Shown: positions 17,767 through 27,783 of the stretch, piece by piece
How the letters are laid out: the number at the start of each line of letters is the position of its first letter
Numbering within the stretch: the first letter of the stretch is position 1
Assembly (NCBI GenBank): GCA_002438785.1
Contig: DJQS01000011.1
Span: forward strand, 94,888 to 158,887
DNA length: 64,000 nt
Origin: Bacillales bacterium UBA6380
GTDB lineage: Bacteria > Bacillota_I > Bacilli_A > RFN20 > CAG-826
Reading direction: 5' to 3'
Notes under the pieces: generated by a model
What the model was told of the DNA's origin: nothing
The model's database searches: none
The model's input: only the letters and a program-made list of their open reading frames with translations
Translations under genes and position numbers: made by a program

Positions 17767-19644
17767 CTATTCTTTATAAATGGCATTAAATTTGCAGGCA
17801 CTAATACAAGTTCCGCATTTAATACACTTATTTTGATCAATTACAAATGGCTCTTTACCAACTACACCACTAATTGCATTAGGAGGACAATTACGAGCGC
17901 ATAAAGAACACTTTTTACATTTATCTTTATCAATATGATAAGAGATTAAATTTTTACATACACCAGCATCACATTTTTTATCATTTATATGTCGAAGATA
18001 AACTTCTTTAAATTTGTGTAAAGTCGATAATACTGGGTTTGGTGCTGTTTGTCCAAGCCCACATAAAGATCCAACTTGAATGGAATGAGCTAAAGTTTCT
18101 AATTTTTCGATATCTGAAATTTCACCCTTTCCATCAGTAATTCTATTAATTATTTCAAGTAACCTTTTAGTTCCAATCCTACATTGCGAGCATTTTCCAC
18201 ATGACTCATCACAAATAAATTCAAGATAAAATTTGGCAACATCAACCATACAATTATCTTCATCCATTACGATTGCTCCACCACTTCCCATCATTGAACC
18301 TTTTTCAATTAAATTATCAAAGTCAATTGGAGTATCTAGCTCAGATAAAGTAAGACATCCACCACTTGGCCCACCAGTTTGTATTGCTTGAAATCTTTTA
18401 TTATTTGGAATTCCTCCACCAATATCAAAAACTAATTCCCTAAGAGTCGTACCCATAGGAACTTCAACTAAACCGACATTTTTAACTTTACCACCTAAAG
18501 CAAAAACTTTAGTACCTGTCGAATTTTTTGTTCCGATTTTTTTAAATTCTTTTGCTCCAACTCTTAATATATAAGGAATATTAGCAAGAGTCTCAACATT
18601 ATTTATAATAGTTGGTTTTCCCCATAAACCTTTAATTGCAGGAAATGGAGGACGTGGTCTAGGCATACCTCTTTTTCCTTCTATTGAATTTAATAAAGCA
18701 GTTTCTTCTCCACAAACAAAAGCACCAGCTCCATAACGAATATGACAATTAAAATCAAAGCCACTTCCTAAAATATTTTTCCCTAAAAGTCCAACTTCTT
18801 TTAATTCTTCAATTGCTTTTGATAATCTATTTACAGCTATAGGATATTCTGCACGAATATAAAAATATCCATCACTAGCACCAATTGCATACCCTGCAAT
18901 CATCATTCCTTCAATTACAGAAATAGGATTACCTTCTAAAATCGATCGATCCATAAAGGCACCTGGATCGCCTTCGTCACCATTACAAACAACATATTTT
19001 ATTTTAGATTCTTGGTCATAAGCAAATTTCCATTTTTTACCAGTTAAAAATCCGCCGCCGCCACGACCTCTTAATCCAGATTCTAAAATTTCATTTATAA
19101 CTTCTAATCTAGTTTTATGTAAGGCATTAATAAAACCTGTAAAAGCATCATATCCAAATGATTCGTGTAAATCTTCTGGATTAATCGTTCCACAACCATG
19201 AAGAGCAATCCTTAATTGTTTTTTATAAAATGTAATATCATCTTGTCTTTCAACCTTTTTATTAATAATTGGGTCTAGATATAATAAATCATTAATGCAT
19301 TTACCTTCAATTATGTCTTCATTAATAATTCTTTCACAGTCTTTTACTTTAACAGCGTGATATAAGCGGTCTTCTGGATAAATTTTAACAAATGGACCTT
19401 GTGAACAAAATCCAAAACATCCAACAACATTTACAGTTACTTTGTCTTCAAGTTTCTTTTCTTTAATTAATTTTTCTAATTGATTAATAATCTCTTGCGA
19501 ATCACTTGATAAACATCCAGTTCCTCCACAAACAACAATATGTCTTTTATTATCTTTACCATTAAATTTTTCTTCTAAACATTTCGAGCAATGTTTTAAT
19601 TTATTTAATAATTCTTCTTCATTCTTTATTTTTTTAATACTCAT
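17767..19644 (-). CDS. hydB: NuoF-like flavoprotein subunit of an NAD(P)H-linked/bifurcating hydrogenase
   Basis: GLRGRGGGGF (FMN/NADH site). Thioredoxin-like 2Fe-2S N-terminal domain and C-terminal 2x[4Fe-4S] ferredoxin motifs. Start moved to MSIKKIK (ATG 19642-19644), which follows AAGGAG. Confidence 0.9.
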   Translation of the reverse strand: MSIKKIKNEEELLNKLKHCSKCLEEKFNGKDNKRHIVVCGGTGCLSSDSQEIINQLEKLIKEKKLEDKVTVNVVGCFGFCSQGPFVKIYPEDRLYHAVKVKDCERIINEDIIEGKCINDLLYLDPIINKKVERQDDITFYKKQLRIALHGCGTINPEDLHESFGYDAFTGFINALHKTRLEVINEILESGLRGRGGGGFLTGKKWKFAYDQESKIKYVVCNGDEGDPGAFMDRSILEGNPISVIEGMMIAGYAIGASDGYFYIRAEYPIAVNRLSKAIEELKEVGLLGKNILGSGFDFNCHIRYGAGAFVCGEETALLNSIEGKRGMPRPRPPFPAIKGLWGKPTIINNVETLANIPYILRVGAKEFKKIGTKNSTGTKVFALGGKVKNVGLVEVPMGTTLRELVFDIGGGIPNNKRFQAIQTGGPSGGCLTLSELDTPIDFDNLIEKGSMMGSGGAIVMDEDNCMVDVAKFYLEFICDESCGKCSQCRIGTKRLLEIINRITDGKGEISDIEKLETLAHSIQVGSLCGLGQTAPNPVLSTLHKFKEVYLRHINDKKCDAGVCKNLISYHIDKDKCKKCSLCARNCPPNAISGVVGKEPFVIDQNKCIKCGTCISACKFNAIYKE

Positions 19645-19645
19645 T

Positions 19646-20134
19646 TTAAGCTCCTTCTTTATCAAGTTTTCGATAATCATCAATTATTTTCTTAACTGAT
19701 GATAAAGTTACTTTTGGAAAAACTTTTCCATTAATTGAAATCGCAGGAGCAATACCACACGCACCAATGCAACGCAATGCATCTAAGGTAAATAAACCAT
19801 CATCACTAGTTTGACCAGGTTTAATTTTTAAAAGTTCAGAAAATTTATCTAAAATATTTTGACCACCTTTTACATAACAAGCAGTTCCTAAACATACACC
19901 AATAACATATCTACCTTTAGGCGTTAAACTAAAAAATGAATAAAATGTTACAACACCATAAATTTCACTTACTGGAATGTCTAATTCATCAGATATTATC
20001 TCTTGTACTTCTAGTGGAATATAGCCATATTCTTTTTGAGTTTCCGATAACACTAACATTAAGGGTGATGGTTCATTTTTATATTTAGCACAAATATTTT
20101 TAATAATGTCCACAGCTTCTTTTCTTAAATGCAT
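19646..20134 (-). CDS. hydC: NuoE-like 2Fe-2S subunit of the hydrogenase
   Basis: NuoE-type Cys pattern (GVCLGTACYVKG ... CIGACGIAP). Start moved to MHLRKEA (ATG 20132-20134), which follows AGGAGA. Confidence 0.88.
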   Translation of the reverse strand: MHLRKEAVDIIKNICAKYKNEPSPLMLVLSETQKEYGYIPLEVQEIISDELDIPVSEIYGVVTFYSFFSLTPKGRYVIGVCLGTACYVKGGQNILDKFSELLKIKPGQTSDDGLFTLDALRCIGACGIAPAISINGKVFPKVTLSSVKKIIDDYRKLDKEGA

Positions 20135-20157
20135 ATAATTTCTCCTAAACATTTAAA

Positions 20158-20186
20158 ATTATAATGTAAGCGCTTACAAATAACAA
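20158..20186 (-). promoter_or_regulatory. candidate sigma-A promoter of hydCBA
   Basis: Minus strand reads TTGTTA (20181-20186), a 17-nt spacer, then TATAAT (20158-20163). This is ~25 nt upstream of the hydC start. Confidence 0.55.
20165..20178. promoter_or_regulatory. perfect 14-bp palindrome matching the catabolite-responsive element (cre)
   Basis: TGTAAGCGCTTACA fits the consensus TGWAANCGNTNWCA at every position. It lies within the promoter spacer. Confidence 0.6.
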
Positions 20187-20276
20187 ATTATTATTTTAAA
20201 TTATTCAAACATTATATTTATAGTCATTTAGCTTCTAATTATTTACTATTTTTTAGATTTTTTCTAAAATATTTTT

Positions 20277-22100
20277 ATGAAAAAATTTATAAAGGTTTTA
20301 AATATTTTAATTAAAGATACTAAATTAGAATATTATTCATATTTTGTTTTGATGTTCTTTAGTGTCTTATTTATGATTGCTTCGACTTATTCAACTAAAG
20401 TTTTAGTTGATATTTTAGAAGCTCAATTAAATCTTGGACTTGGTTTTAATAGTGAATTATCATTATCAAATCTAAATGATTTAGATATTCTAGAAAAAGC
20501 TTTTATATATTGTTTTGGTGGCATAAAATATTTGTCAACTAATCTCTACGTTTTTGCAATAATTATACTTGGTTTCGCCTTTTTTAGTGGTGTTTTATCA
20601 TTAATAAGATTTTTTCAAAGAAGTGATTTTATATCTAAAATGAGTAAAAATATGCAACTACTTCTTTTTTATCATATAGAACGTCTTCCTTATTCAACAA
20701 TTAAAAGTTTAAATAACGGAGATATAATCCAAACTTGTACTCGTGATGAAGATGTTTTAAAGAGATTTTTTGGCTTTAATATTTCTTTAATTGTTTATAC
20801 TTTTTATATTGTTATTATTTCTTTTATCATTTTATGTATAACAAGTTATAAGATAGCTCTTATATCGATTTGTATTATGCCTATAATGTTTACCTATAGC
20901 TTTTTTGTAATAAAAGAAGTTAGAAAAAGATATCGTATTACGGATGATTCAGAATCGCAAATGACTACAAAAATAGAAGAAAATTTAGCAAGTATACGTC
21001 TAGTAAAAGCTTTTAATAATGAAAGTTATGAAATAAATGATTTTGATAAATATATAAAAGATTACAAAAGAAAATATCTTAATTGGAGAAAATTATCTGC
21101 TTTTTTCTTTTCAAGTAGTGATATTTTTGTTTTTAGTCAAATTGCATTAACAACTATTTTTGGTTTTTATTTAATGTTTATTAAAGAAATTAGCGTTGGT
21201 ACATTAGTAATTAGCTTTAGTTTTGTTTCGATGATGGTTTGGCCAATTAGAGATGTTGCTACTGTTTTAAGTAATTTAGCTCAAGCAATCGCTAGTTTAG
21301 ATCGTATAAATTTACTTCTAGATTTGCCATTAGAAGATATTGATAGTGGTTTAACTCCAATAATTAAGGGCAATATCGAACTAAATAATGTTTCATTTAA
21401 TTATACTGATAGTGATATAGCAACTTTAAAAAATATTACTTTTAAAATTAATCAAGGACAAACCGTTGCAATAATGGGTAAAACTGGTAGTGGTAAATCA
21501 ACATTAGTTTATTTATTAACTAGATTATATGATTATAATTCTGGTTCAATAAAACTTGATGGAGTGGAATTAAATAAAATTCAAAAAGAATATTTAAGAA
21601 ATAATATCTCAATAGTTTTACAAGAGCCATTCTTATTTTCTAAAACAATAAAAGATAATATATCGATTACTAATAAATATATAGATTTTAGTGAAATAGA
21701 AAATGTCACTAAAATCTCACATATAGATAAATCTATACGTAATTTTAAAGATGGATATGATACTCCAGTCGGTGAAAAAGGAACAACATTAAGTGGTGGG
21801 CAAAAGCAACGTGTAGCAATTGCTAGAAGTTTACTTAAAAAAGCACCTATATTAATATTTGATGATTCTTTAAGTGCGGTTGATACTGAAACCGATTATG
21901 AAATCAGAAAATCTTTAAAAGAATCTAAAAATAATGTAACTACTTTAATTATTACTCATCGTATCGCTACTGCTAAAGACGCTGATTTGATTGTTGTTTT
22001 AGATGAAGGCAAAATAAGTGAAATCGGAAACCATAATGATTTAATAAAAGAAAATGGTCTATATAAAAAAATTTATGAGATTCAAACAAAAATGGTATAA
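20277..22100 (+). CDS. ABC exporter, fused permease/ATPase half-transporter
   Basis: Six-TM N-terminal domain followed by Walker A GKTGSGKST, LSGGQKQR and Walker B ILIFDD. Confidence 0.88.
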   Translation: MKKFIKVLNILIKDTKLEYYSYFVLMFFSVLFMIASTYSTKVLVDILEAQLNLGLGFNSELSLSNLNDLDILEKAFIYCFGGIKYLSTNLYVFAIIILGFAFFSGVLSLIRFFQRSDFISKMSKNMQLLLFYHIERLPYSTIKSLNNGDIIQTCTRDEDVLKRFFGFNISLIVYTFYIVIISFIILCITSYKIALISICIMPIMFTYSFFVIKEVRKRYRITDDSESQMTTKIEENLASIRLVKAFNNESYEINDFDKYIKDYKRKYLNWRKLSAFFFSSSDIFVFSQIALTTIFGFYLMFIKEISVGTLVISFSFVSMMVWPIRDVATVLSNLAQAIASLDRINLLLDLPLEDIDSGLTPIIKGNIELNNVSFNYTDSDIATLKNITFKINQGQTVAIMGKTGSGKSTLVYLLTRLYDYNSGSIKLDGVELNKIQKEYLRNNISIVLQEPFLFSKTIKDNISITNKYIDFSEIENVTKISHIDKSIRNFKDGYDTPVGEKGTTLSGGQKQRVAIARSLLKKAPILIFDDSLSAVDTETDYEIRKSLKESKNNVTTLIITHRIATAKDADLIVVLDEGKISEIGNHNDLIKENGLYKKIYEIQTKMV

Positions 22101-22105
22101 ATAAT

Positions 22106-24037
22106 ATGAATAATGTATTTAAAGATGAAACTAGTTCTAAAAAATTAAAATTCGGTATATGGGGAAAAGTATTTAAATATCTATTATCAAGTTACCCTTT
22201 AATAATTCTTACTTCAATTTGTATGGTAATAGTTGCTTTTTATGACTCTAGTTTTGTTCCTAGTATGAATGCGAGTTTAATTAATGCAAGTAAACAAAAT
22301 TTAAATTTTTATACTGATATAATGAATGTTAGACTTGATATTACGCTATTAGGATTTAAAATAACTGTTAATTTTATTAGTTATATTGTTTTTTATATAG
22401 TCATGATTTTATTTAGAAGTGTAAGCATATTTGTTGTATTTTTTTCAAGTTCTTATTTTGAAATGAAAATTATGACTGGCTTAAGAGAAGATGCTTTTAA
22501 AAAAGTTCAAGAATTATCTTTTTCATATTTTGACCGCACTCCAAGTGGATGGCTAATTTCTAGATTACAAAATGATGCTAGTAGCATTGGCGATGTATTA
22601 GGCAATAGTTTAGTCAGAATTTTTTGGATCGTTATGAATATAATTTTTACATTAATAACGATGTTTACAATAAACTATCAATTATCACTTTTAATACTTG
22701 CAACGACTCCTTTTGTTTTTATTATTGTCGTCATTTTCGAAAAAGCTATGCTAAAAGCCAGTAGAATTGCAAGAAATGCCTATAGTGATTTCGTTAAATA
22801 TCTTGCGGAATGTATAAACGGAACTAAAACAATTAAAACTTTAGCTATTGAAAAAACAATTTATGAAGAAAGTAAAGAAATTACAGTCGATGTACAGAAA
22901 AAAAGAAAACATTCATTAAAGGTTGGTGCAAGTTTTCAGCCTATTATTTCTTTTTTAAGTGCTATTACTACTGCCATCATTATAATTATTTTCCCTATTT
23001 TAGGCGTTGATAATAATACAACATTTAACGTTGCAACATTAGTTTTATTTATAAGCTTTGTTGGACAGATATATAATCCTATTCAGCAGCTTAGTGAAAT
23101 TTTTACAGATTTAATTTCTACACAAGCTAATGTTGAAAAAATCGTTTCTTTAATTGACACAAAACCAGAATTAAATGATACTCAAGAAGTTATCGATAAA
23201 TATGGTGATATATTTAATTCAAAAAAAGAAAATTTTGAAAAATTAAATGGTGATATCTATTTTAAAAACGTTTCATTTTCTTATAATAAAGGAAAGGAAG
23301 TAATTCATAATTTAAATTTAAAAATAAATGCCCATCAAAGTGTAGCTATTGTAGGTGAAACAGGTAGTGGAAAATCAACTACTGTTAATTTATTATGTCG
23401 ATTCTATGAGCCAACTTCAGGTGAAATTTTTATAGATGGTGTAAATTATAAAAATCGATCAGTAAGTTGGATTAGATCAAATTTAGGTTATGTGCAACAA
23501 ACACCTTTCATATTTAAAGGAACAATTATCGATAATATTCGCTATGGTAAGCATGATGCAACACTTGATGAAATTAAACGTGTTTGTAAATTACTTGATA
23601 TTGATTCATTTATAAAATCTTTAAAAAATGGCTATAATACTTATTTAAAAGATGGAGGAAATGAACTTTCACTTGGTCAAAAGCAATTAATTTCTTTCGC
23701 TAGAGCGTTAATTAGAGATCCAGCTATTTTAATTTTAGATGAAGCAACTTCTAGTATCGACACTGAAACAGAAGCTAATATTCAAAATTCTATTAATAAA
23801 ATGTTAAGTGGTCGCACTTCTATTATCATTGCCCATCGTTTGTCAACTATTGTTAATTGTGATCAAATTATTGTTATGAAAGACGGATTAATTATTGAAA
23901 AAGGCACACATAAAGAACTAATAGATAGAAAAGGATACTACTATTCTTTATACATGAATCAATTTAAAGAATTATCTATAGAAAATCAAATTAACATCTA
24001 TCAAGATCAAATAATTGATAAAAATATTAAATTATAA
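22106..24037 (+). CDS. ABC exporter, fused permease/ATPase half-transporter (partner subunit)
   Basis: GETGSGKST, LSLGQKQL (a degenerate signature suggesting a heterodimer) and ILILDEA. Confidence 0.88.
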   Translation: MNNVFKDETSSKKLKFGIWGKVFKYLLSSYPLIILTSICMVIVAFYDSSFVPSMNASLINASKQNLNFYTDIMNVRLDITLLGFKITVNFISYIVFYIVMILFRSVSIFVVFFSSSYFEMKIMTGLREDAFKKVQELSFSYFDRTPSGWLISRLQNDASSIGDVLGNSLVRIFWIVMNIIFTLITMFTINYQLSLLILATTPFVFIIVVIFEKAMLKASRIARNAYSDFVKYLAECINGTKTIKTLAIEKTIYEESKEITVDVQKKRKHSLKVGASFQPIISFLSAITTAIIIIIFPILGVDNNTTFNVATLVLFISFVGQIYNPIQQLSEIFTDLISTQANVEKIVSLIDTKPELNDTQEVIDKYGDIFNSKKENFEKLNGDIYFKNVSFSYNKGKEVIHNLNLKINAHQSVAIVGETGSGKSTTVNLLCRFYEPTSGEIFIDGVNYKNRSVSWIRSNLGYVQQTPFIFKGTIIDNIRYGKHDATLDEIKRVCKLLDIDSFIKSLKNGYNTYLKDGGNELSLGQKQLISFARALIRDPAILILDEATSSIDTETEANIQNSINKMLSGRTSIIIAHRLSTIVNCDQIIVMKDGLIIEKGTHKELIDRKGYYYSLYMNQFKELSIENQINIYQDQIIDKNIKL

Positions 24038-24089
24038 ATTTAATGATAAAAATTTTAAAAACTATACTAATCTAATATATTTTATAAAA

Positions 24090-25412
24090 TTAAATAATTA
24101 AAAAAATTAACATTAATCCTAATAAGCCAATTAATAATGTTGGAATTGAAATAATTAATCCATATTTAGTAAACATTAAATAATTCATTTTAATGTTATT
24201 TTTCCTTAAAATATTCATCCACATTACTCCAGCTAAAGCCCCTAGTGGAGTTAGAAAAGCACAAATATTACTGGCAATTATAGAAGCATATACTGAAAAT
24301 ATAGAAACATTATTAGCATGTTTTAAAATGTCAACATAAAGTATACTCATTGGAATATTATTAATTAAATTAGCTAAGAAAAAACTACTAAATCCATAGC
24401 TTAATATATTTAAATATTCATTATTAGAAGTTAATAATTCACTTAAATATTTTGTGGCACCACTACTACCTAGTCCTAAAACTAATGTAAACATTGATAA
24501 AAGTAAAGGAATTAAATTAAACGGTAATCTTTTTAAAGAATTAAATAAAACGCTTCTTTTCTCTTTTTTAATAATTGTATAAATTATTAAAAATATTAAT
24601 AAAATTAATGAAGAGATTAAACTAATTAAATACATTTTTATACCAATAAAATTGGAAATTGCTAACAAAATAATACAAGAGATTAATAATATTAAACTCA
24701 TTAAGAAAATATATTTATCTTTAATATCAACTTCAGTAATTTCAACATCAATAGGTTTTTTTAATTCTTTTTTAAATAATAAAAAAAGAATTAAAAAAGA
24801 TAATAACCCACTTAGCAAAGTAGGTAATCCCATTATTTCTATATAAGAAAAGAAATTAATATTCTGATTAAATGAACTTCCTAAATAAATATTTGTTGGA
24901 TTACCAATTAATAATAACATACTCCATGTATTACTAGAAACAAACTCCATGATTAAATAAGGTAGTGGATTAATCTTAGCATTTTTAGTAAAAAATATTA
25001 AAAATGGAGTAAAAGTAATGATAATAATATCATTTGAAGTAAAAATAGTTAAAATAGAAATAATTAAATAATATAAGATAAATAAAACAATTTGATTATT
25101 ATGTGCTTTTTTAATAGCTATTTGAGCTAAATATTTAAAAAATCCAACTTCATCTAAAACAATTGAAATAAAAACCATTGATATAAATAAAATTAAAATT
25201 TCTAACGGATTTACTCCAACTTGATTAACTAATGAATGAATAAAATAATCAAAATCAATAATTTTAAATATTAATAAAATTAATGCGCCAATTAAAGGAA
25301 AAATCCAATAAATAGAAATTTCGTGATTTTTAATTTTAATATTAGGAAAAAATATTGATGATAGAATCATCAATATTATAGATATTAAAAATACAATAAT
25401 CGTTATAACCAC
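24090..25412 (-). CDS. ArsB/NhaD-superfamily (citrate-transporter-like) permease
   Basis: 440-aa polytopic ORF with an internal two-fold hydrophobic organisation. Substrate unknown. Confidence 0.55.
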   Translation of the reverse strand: MVITIIVFLISIILMILSSIFFPNIKIKNHEISIYWIFPLIGALILLIFKIIDFDYFIHSLVNQVGVNPLEILILFISMVFISIVLDEVGFFKYLAQIAIKKAHNNQIVLFILYYLIISILTIFTSNDIIIITFTPFLIFFTKNAKINPLPYLIMEFVSSNTWSMLLLIGNPTNIYLGSSFNQNINFFSYIEIMGLPTLLSGLLSFLILFLLFKKELKKPIDVEITEVDIKDKYIFLMSLILLISCIILLAISNFIGIKMYLISLISSLILLIFLIIYTIIKKEKRSVLFNSLKRLPFNLIPLLLSMFTLVLGLGSSGATKYLSELLTSNNEYLNILSYGFSSFFLANLINNIPMSILYVDILKHANNVSIFSVYASIIASNICAFLTPLGALAGVMWMNILRKNNIKMNYLMFTKYGLIISIPTLLIGLLGLMLIFLII

Positions 25413-25458
25413 GATTAATTACTATATCACTTCTATTTTGAAATTAAAGTAATATATA

Positions 25459-26184
25459 TTAAACAACGTATAAATAAATTGATACAAACTGTAAAATAGT
25501 TCCAATTAAGACAAAAATATGAAAAACAGTATGAAACCAAACTGATTTTTTACTACCTATTCCATATAATATTGATCCTAAAGTATAACTAATTCCACCC
25601 ATTAATAATAAAATAAACCCATTAAAACCTATAATATTTAATAATTCTTTAGCTTCAAATATAATCATCCATCCACTAGCTATATACATAATAAAACTTA
25701 ATATTTTAAATTTATTAATATTAATTGAATTAAAAACAATACCAAGAATTATTAAAATATAAACGATCGCTAAAATAATATAACCTGAATAAGGAATTAT
25801 ATTATAAAGTTTTACATTTCTTAAAGAAATTAAACAATAAGGAGTGTAAGTCCCAGAAATTAATAAATAAACTGTGTCGTGATCAATAATCCTTAATACT
25901 TTCTTTCCATTATTTCTTTTTAATGCATGGTAAATACAACTAATAGTATATGTAATCATTAGTGATATAGAATAAATTGCAATAGATAATATCTTAATAA
26001 TATACGAAGAATAACTTAATGGATTAGATGAATCTAATCCATTAATATAACCAGTATTAATTATTTTTATTAACGAAAAAATTAAAATAAAAATTCCAAA
26101 TAATGCACCTAATCCATGTGTGATACTATTCCATAATTCATGTCGCAATTTATAATTTGGTAATTTAACTTCTTCTAAACTCAT
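25459..26184 (-). CDS. hemolysin III/PAQR-family membrane protein
   Basis: Seven-TM ORF with WNSITHGLG, HD..., and HxxxH-like FHTVFHIF motifs. Confidence 0.75.
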   Translation of the reverse strand: MSLEEVKLPNYKLRHELWNSITHGLGALFGIFILIFSLIKIINTGYINGLDSSNPLSYSSYIIKILSIAIYSISLMITYTISCIYHALKRNNGKKVLRIIDHDTVYLLISGTYTPYCLISLRNVKLYNIIPYSGYIILAIVYILIILGIVFNSININKFKILSFIMYIASGWMIIFEAKELLNIIGFNGFILLLMGGISYTLGSILYGIGSKKSVWFHTVFHIFVLIGTILQFVSIYLYVV

Positions 26185-26250
26185 AATTAAAACCTCTATA
26201 TCTAGTATATAATACTAGTATATCTAGTTAATTAATTATTTCAATAGTTT

Positions 26251-26913
26251 TTATTTAGTTTCAATTAATTCGTTTCTTTTTTTATTAAAATTTCCTTCTT
26301 TGACTCCACCAATTTTAAAAACCTTATTAACAGTAATATAAATTAAAGGTGTAACAACCATTGCTGAAATAATTTCAAATAAAGCCCCTAGACTTATAAA
26401 GGTAGCAACAAAACTAACAAAAGTATAATTCTTAATCATCTCTCCAAGTCCTAAAGCTCTAGAGATATAAAAAGGATCTAAGATACCAAATAAATACCAA
26501 AATAAGACAACAATTATTGTATGAAATAATGTCAATATACCCGAACAAGGTAAAATTAATGAAGCATATAATTTTTGTGAACAACACTTTTTTAATATAT
26601 CAAAAGTAAGTCCACTAACTAAACCAAATATCATTCTTGGCAGAATTGAAATAAATGGATTTAAGAAAAAATAATTCCCAGTTCCTGGATATTGTATAGC
26701 TTTTAGTAATGAAAAAACACCCATAATTGTCCCATATAATAATCCTTTTTTATAGCCAAATAAACTAGCACCAATAAGGACTAAAATATGAATTGTTGTA
26801 AAACTAACAAACCCAATATTTATATAGCCTAAATAATCAACAAACGTAAATAAAATAATTAGTGCAATAAACATTGCGTCATAACTTATACTCTTTATAA
26901 CTTTATTTTTCAT
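26251..26913 (-). CDS. ECF-transporter S (substrate-capture) component, possibly for pantothenate
   Basis: ~220-aa six-TM protein. Its start overlaps the coaX stop by 11 nt. Confidence 0.55.
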   Translation of the reverse strand: MKNKVIKSISYDAMFIALIILFTFVDYLGYINIGFVSFTTIHILVLIGASLFGYKKGLLYGTIMGVFSLLKAIQYPGTGNYFFLNPFISILPRMIFGLVSGLTFDILKKCCSQKLYASLILPCSGILTLFHTIIVVLFWYLFGILDPFYISRALGLGEMIKNYTFVSFVATFISLGALFEIISAMVVTPLIYITVNKVFKIGGVKEGNFNKKRNELIETK

Positions 26914-27658
26914 ACGAATTTACCTTATAAATTTCTAATAACCCTTCTAAAACCACATTTTTTTCATAAATAAAGTTATCTAAATGCTTAATAACTGAAT
27001 TAGCATATCCACCAGTAATAATTCTTTTTACTTTATAGCCAAGTTCTAACTCTATTTTATTAGCAAATTCATTAATCATAAAAGCATGCCCTAAAACAAT
27101 ACCTGATTCAATTGAATCTTTAGTATTTTTACCAATAACATTTTTTGGAGCAATTAAAGGAACTTCAATTAATAATGAAGTTGAATTAACTAAAGCATTT
27201 AATGAAATGCCAAGTCCGCTAGTAATAATTCCACCAATAAAATTACCATATTTATCTATTACGTAAATTTTGCTTGCTGTACCTAAATCACATACTAAAC
27301 AAGCTTCTTTAAATTTAGTATAAGCGCCAATTGCGCCAGAAAGCATATCAGCACCTAATTCACTAGGATTGTCAATTTTAATCGCCATCCTAGTTCTAAG
27401 TGATTTTGAAACTATAAGCGAATTTAAAGAAAAAACTTTACTTATTGCTTCTTTTAAAATCAATGTTAATGATGGAACAACTGAACTTATTAATGATCCA
27501 TTTATATTTTTTTCTTTAATAAGTGAAGAAATAATAATTGCATATTCATCACTACTTTTGTTACGATCTGTTTTAACTAAATAAGTATCTACTAACTTAT
27601 TTTTATCAAATAGACCAAGTTTAATCATGGAATTACCACAATCGACAACTAATATCAT
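26903..27658 (-). CDS. coaX: type III pantothenate kinase
   Basis: MILVVDCGNSMIKLG N-terminus and DLGTA and TGG motifs, typical of CoaX. Confidence 0.88.
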   Translation of the reverse strand: MILVVDCGNSMIKLGLFDKNKLVDTYLVKTDRNKSSDEYAIIISSLIKEKNINGSLISSVVPSLTLILKEAISKVFSLNSLIVSKSLRTRMAIKIDNPSELGADMLSGAIGAYTKFKEACLVCDLGTASKIYVIDKYGNFIGGIITSGLGISLNALVNSTSLLIEVPLIAPKNVIGKNTKDSIESGIVLGHAFMINEFANKIELELGYKVKRIITGGYANSVIKHLDNFIYEKNVVLEGLLEIYKVNSYEK

Positions 27659-27741
27659 ATTTTCCTCCTACAAGCTTTAAATATTTTTAAAGTCTCGTGC
27701 TTATTTAATATATACTTTTTAATTAATTTTTACAAATAAAA

Positions 27742-27762
27742 GGAGTAACAAGTTGTTACTCC
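27742..27762 (-). terminator. intrinsic terminator after the second signal-peptidase gene
   Basis: GGAGTAACA-AGT-TGTTACTCC. On the minus strand it is followed by TTTTATTTGT. Confidence 0.75.
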
Positions 27763-27783
27763 TAAATATTTAAGTTTATATAA

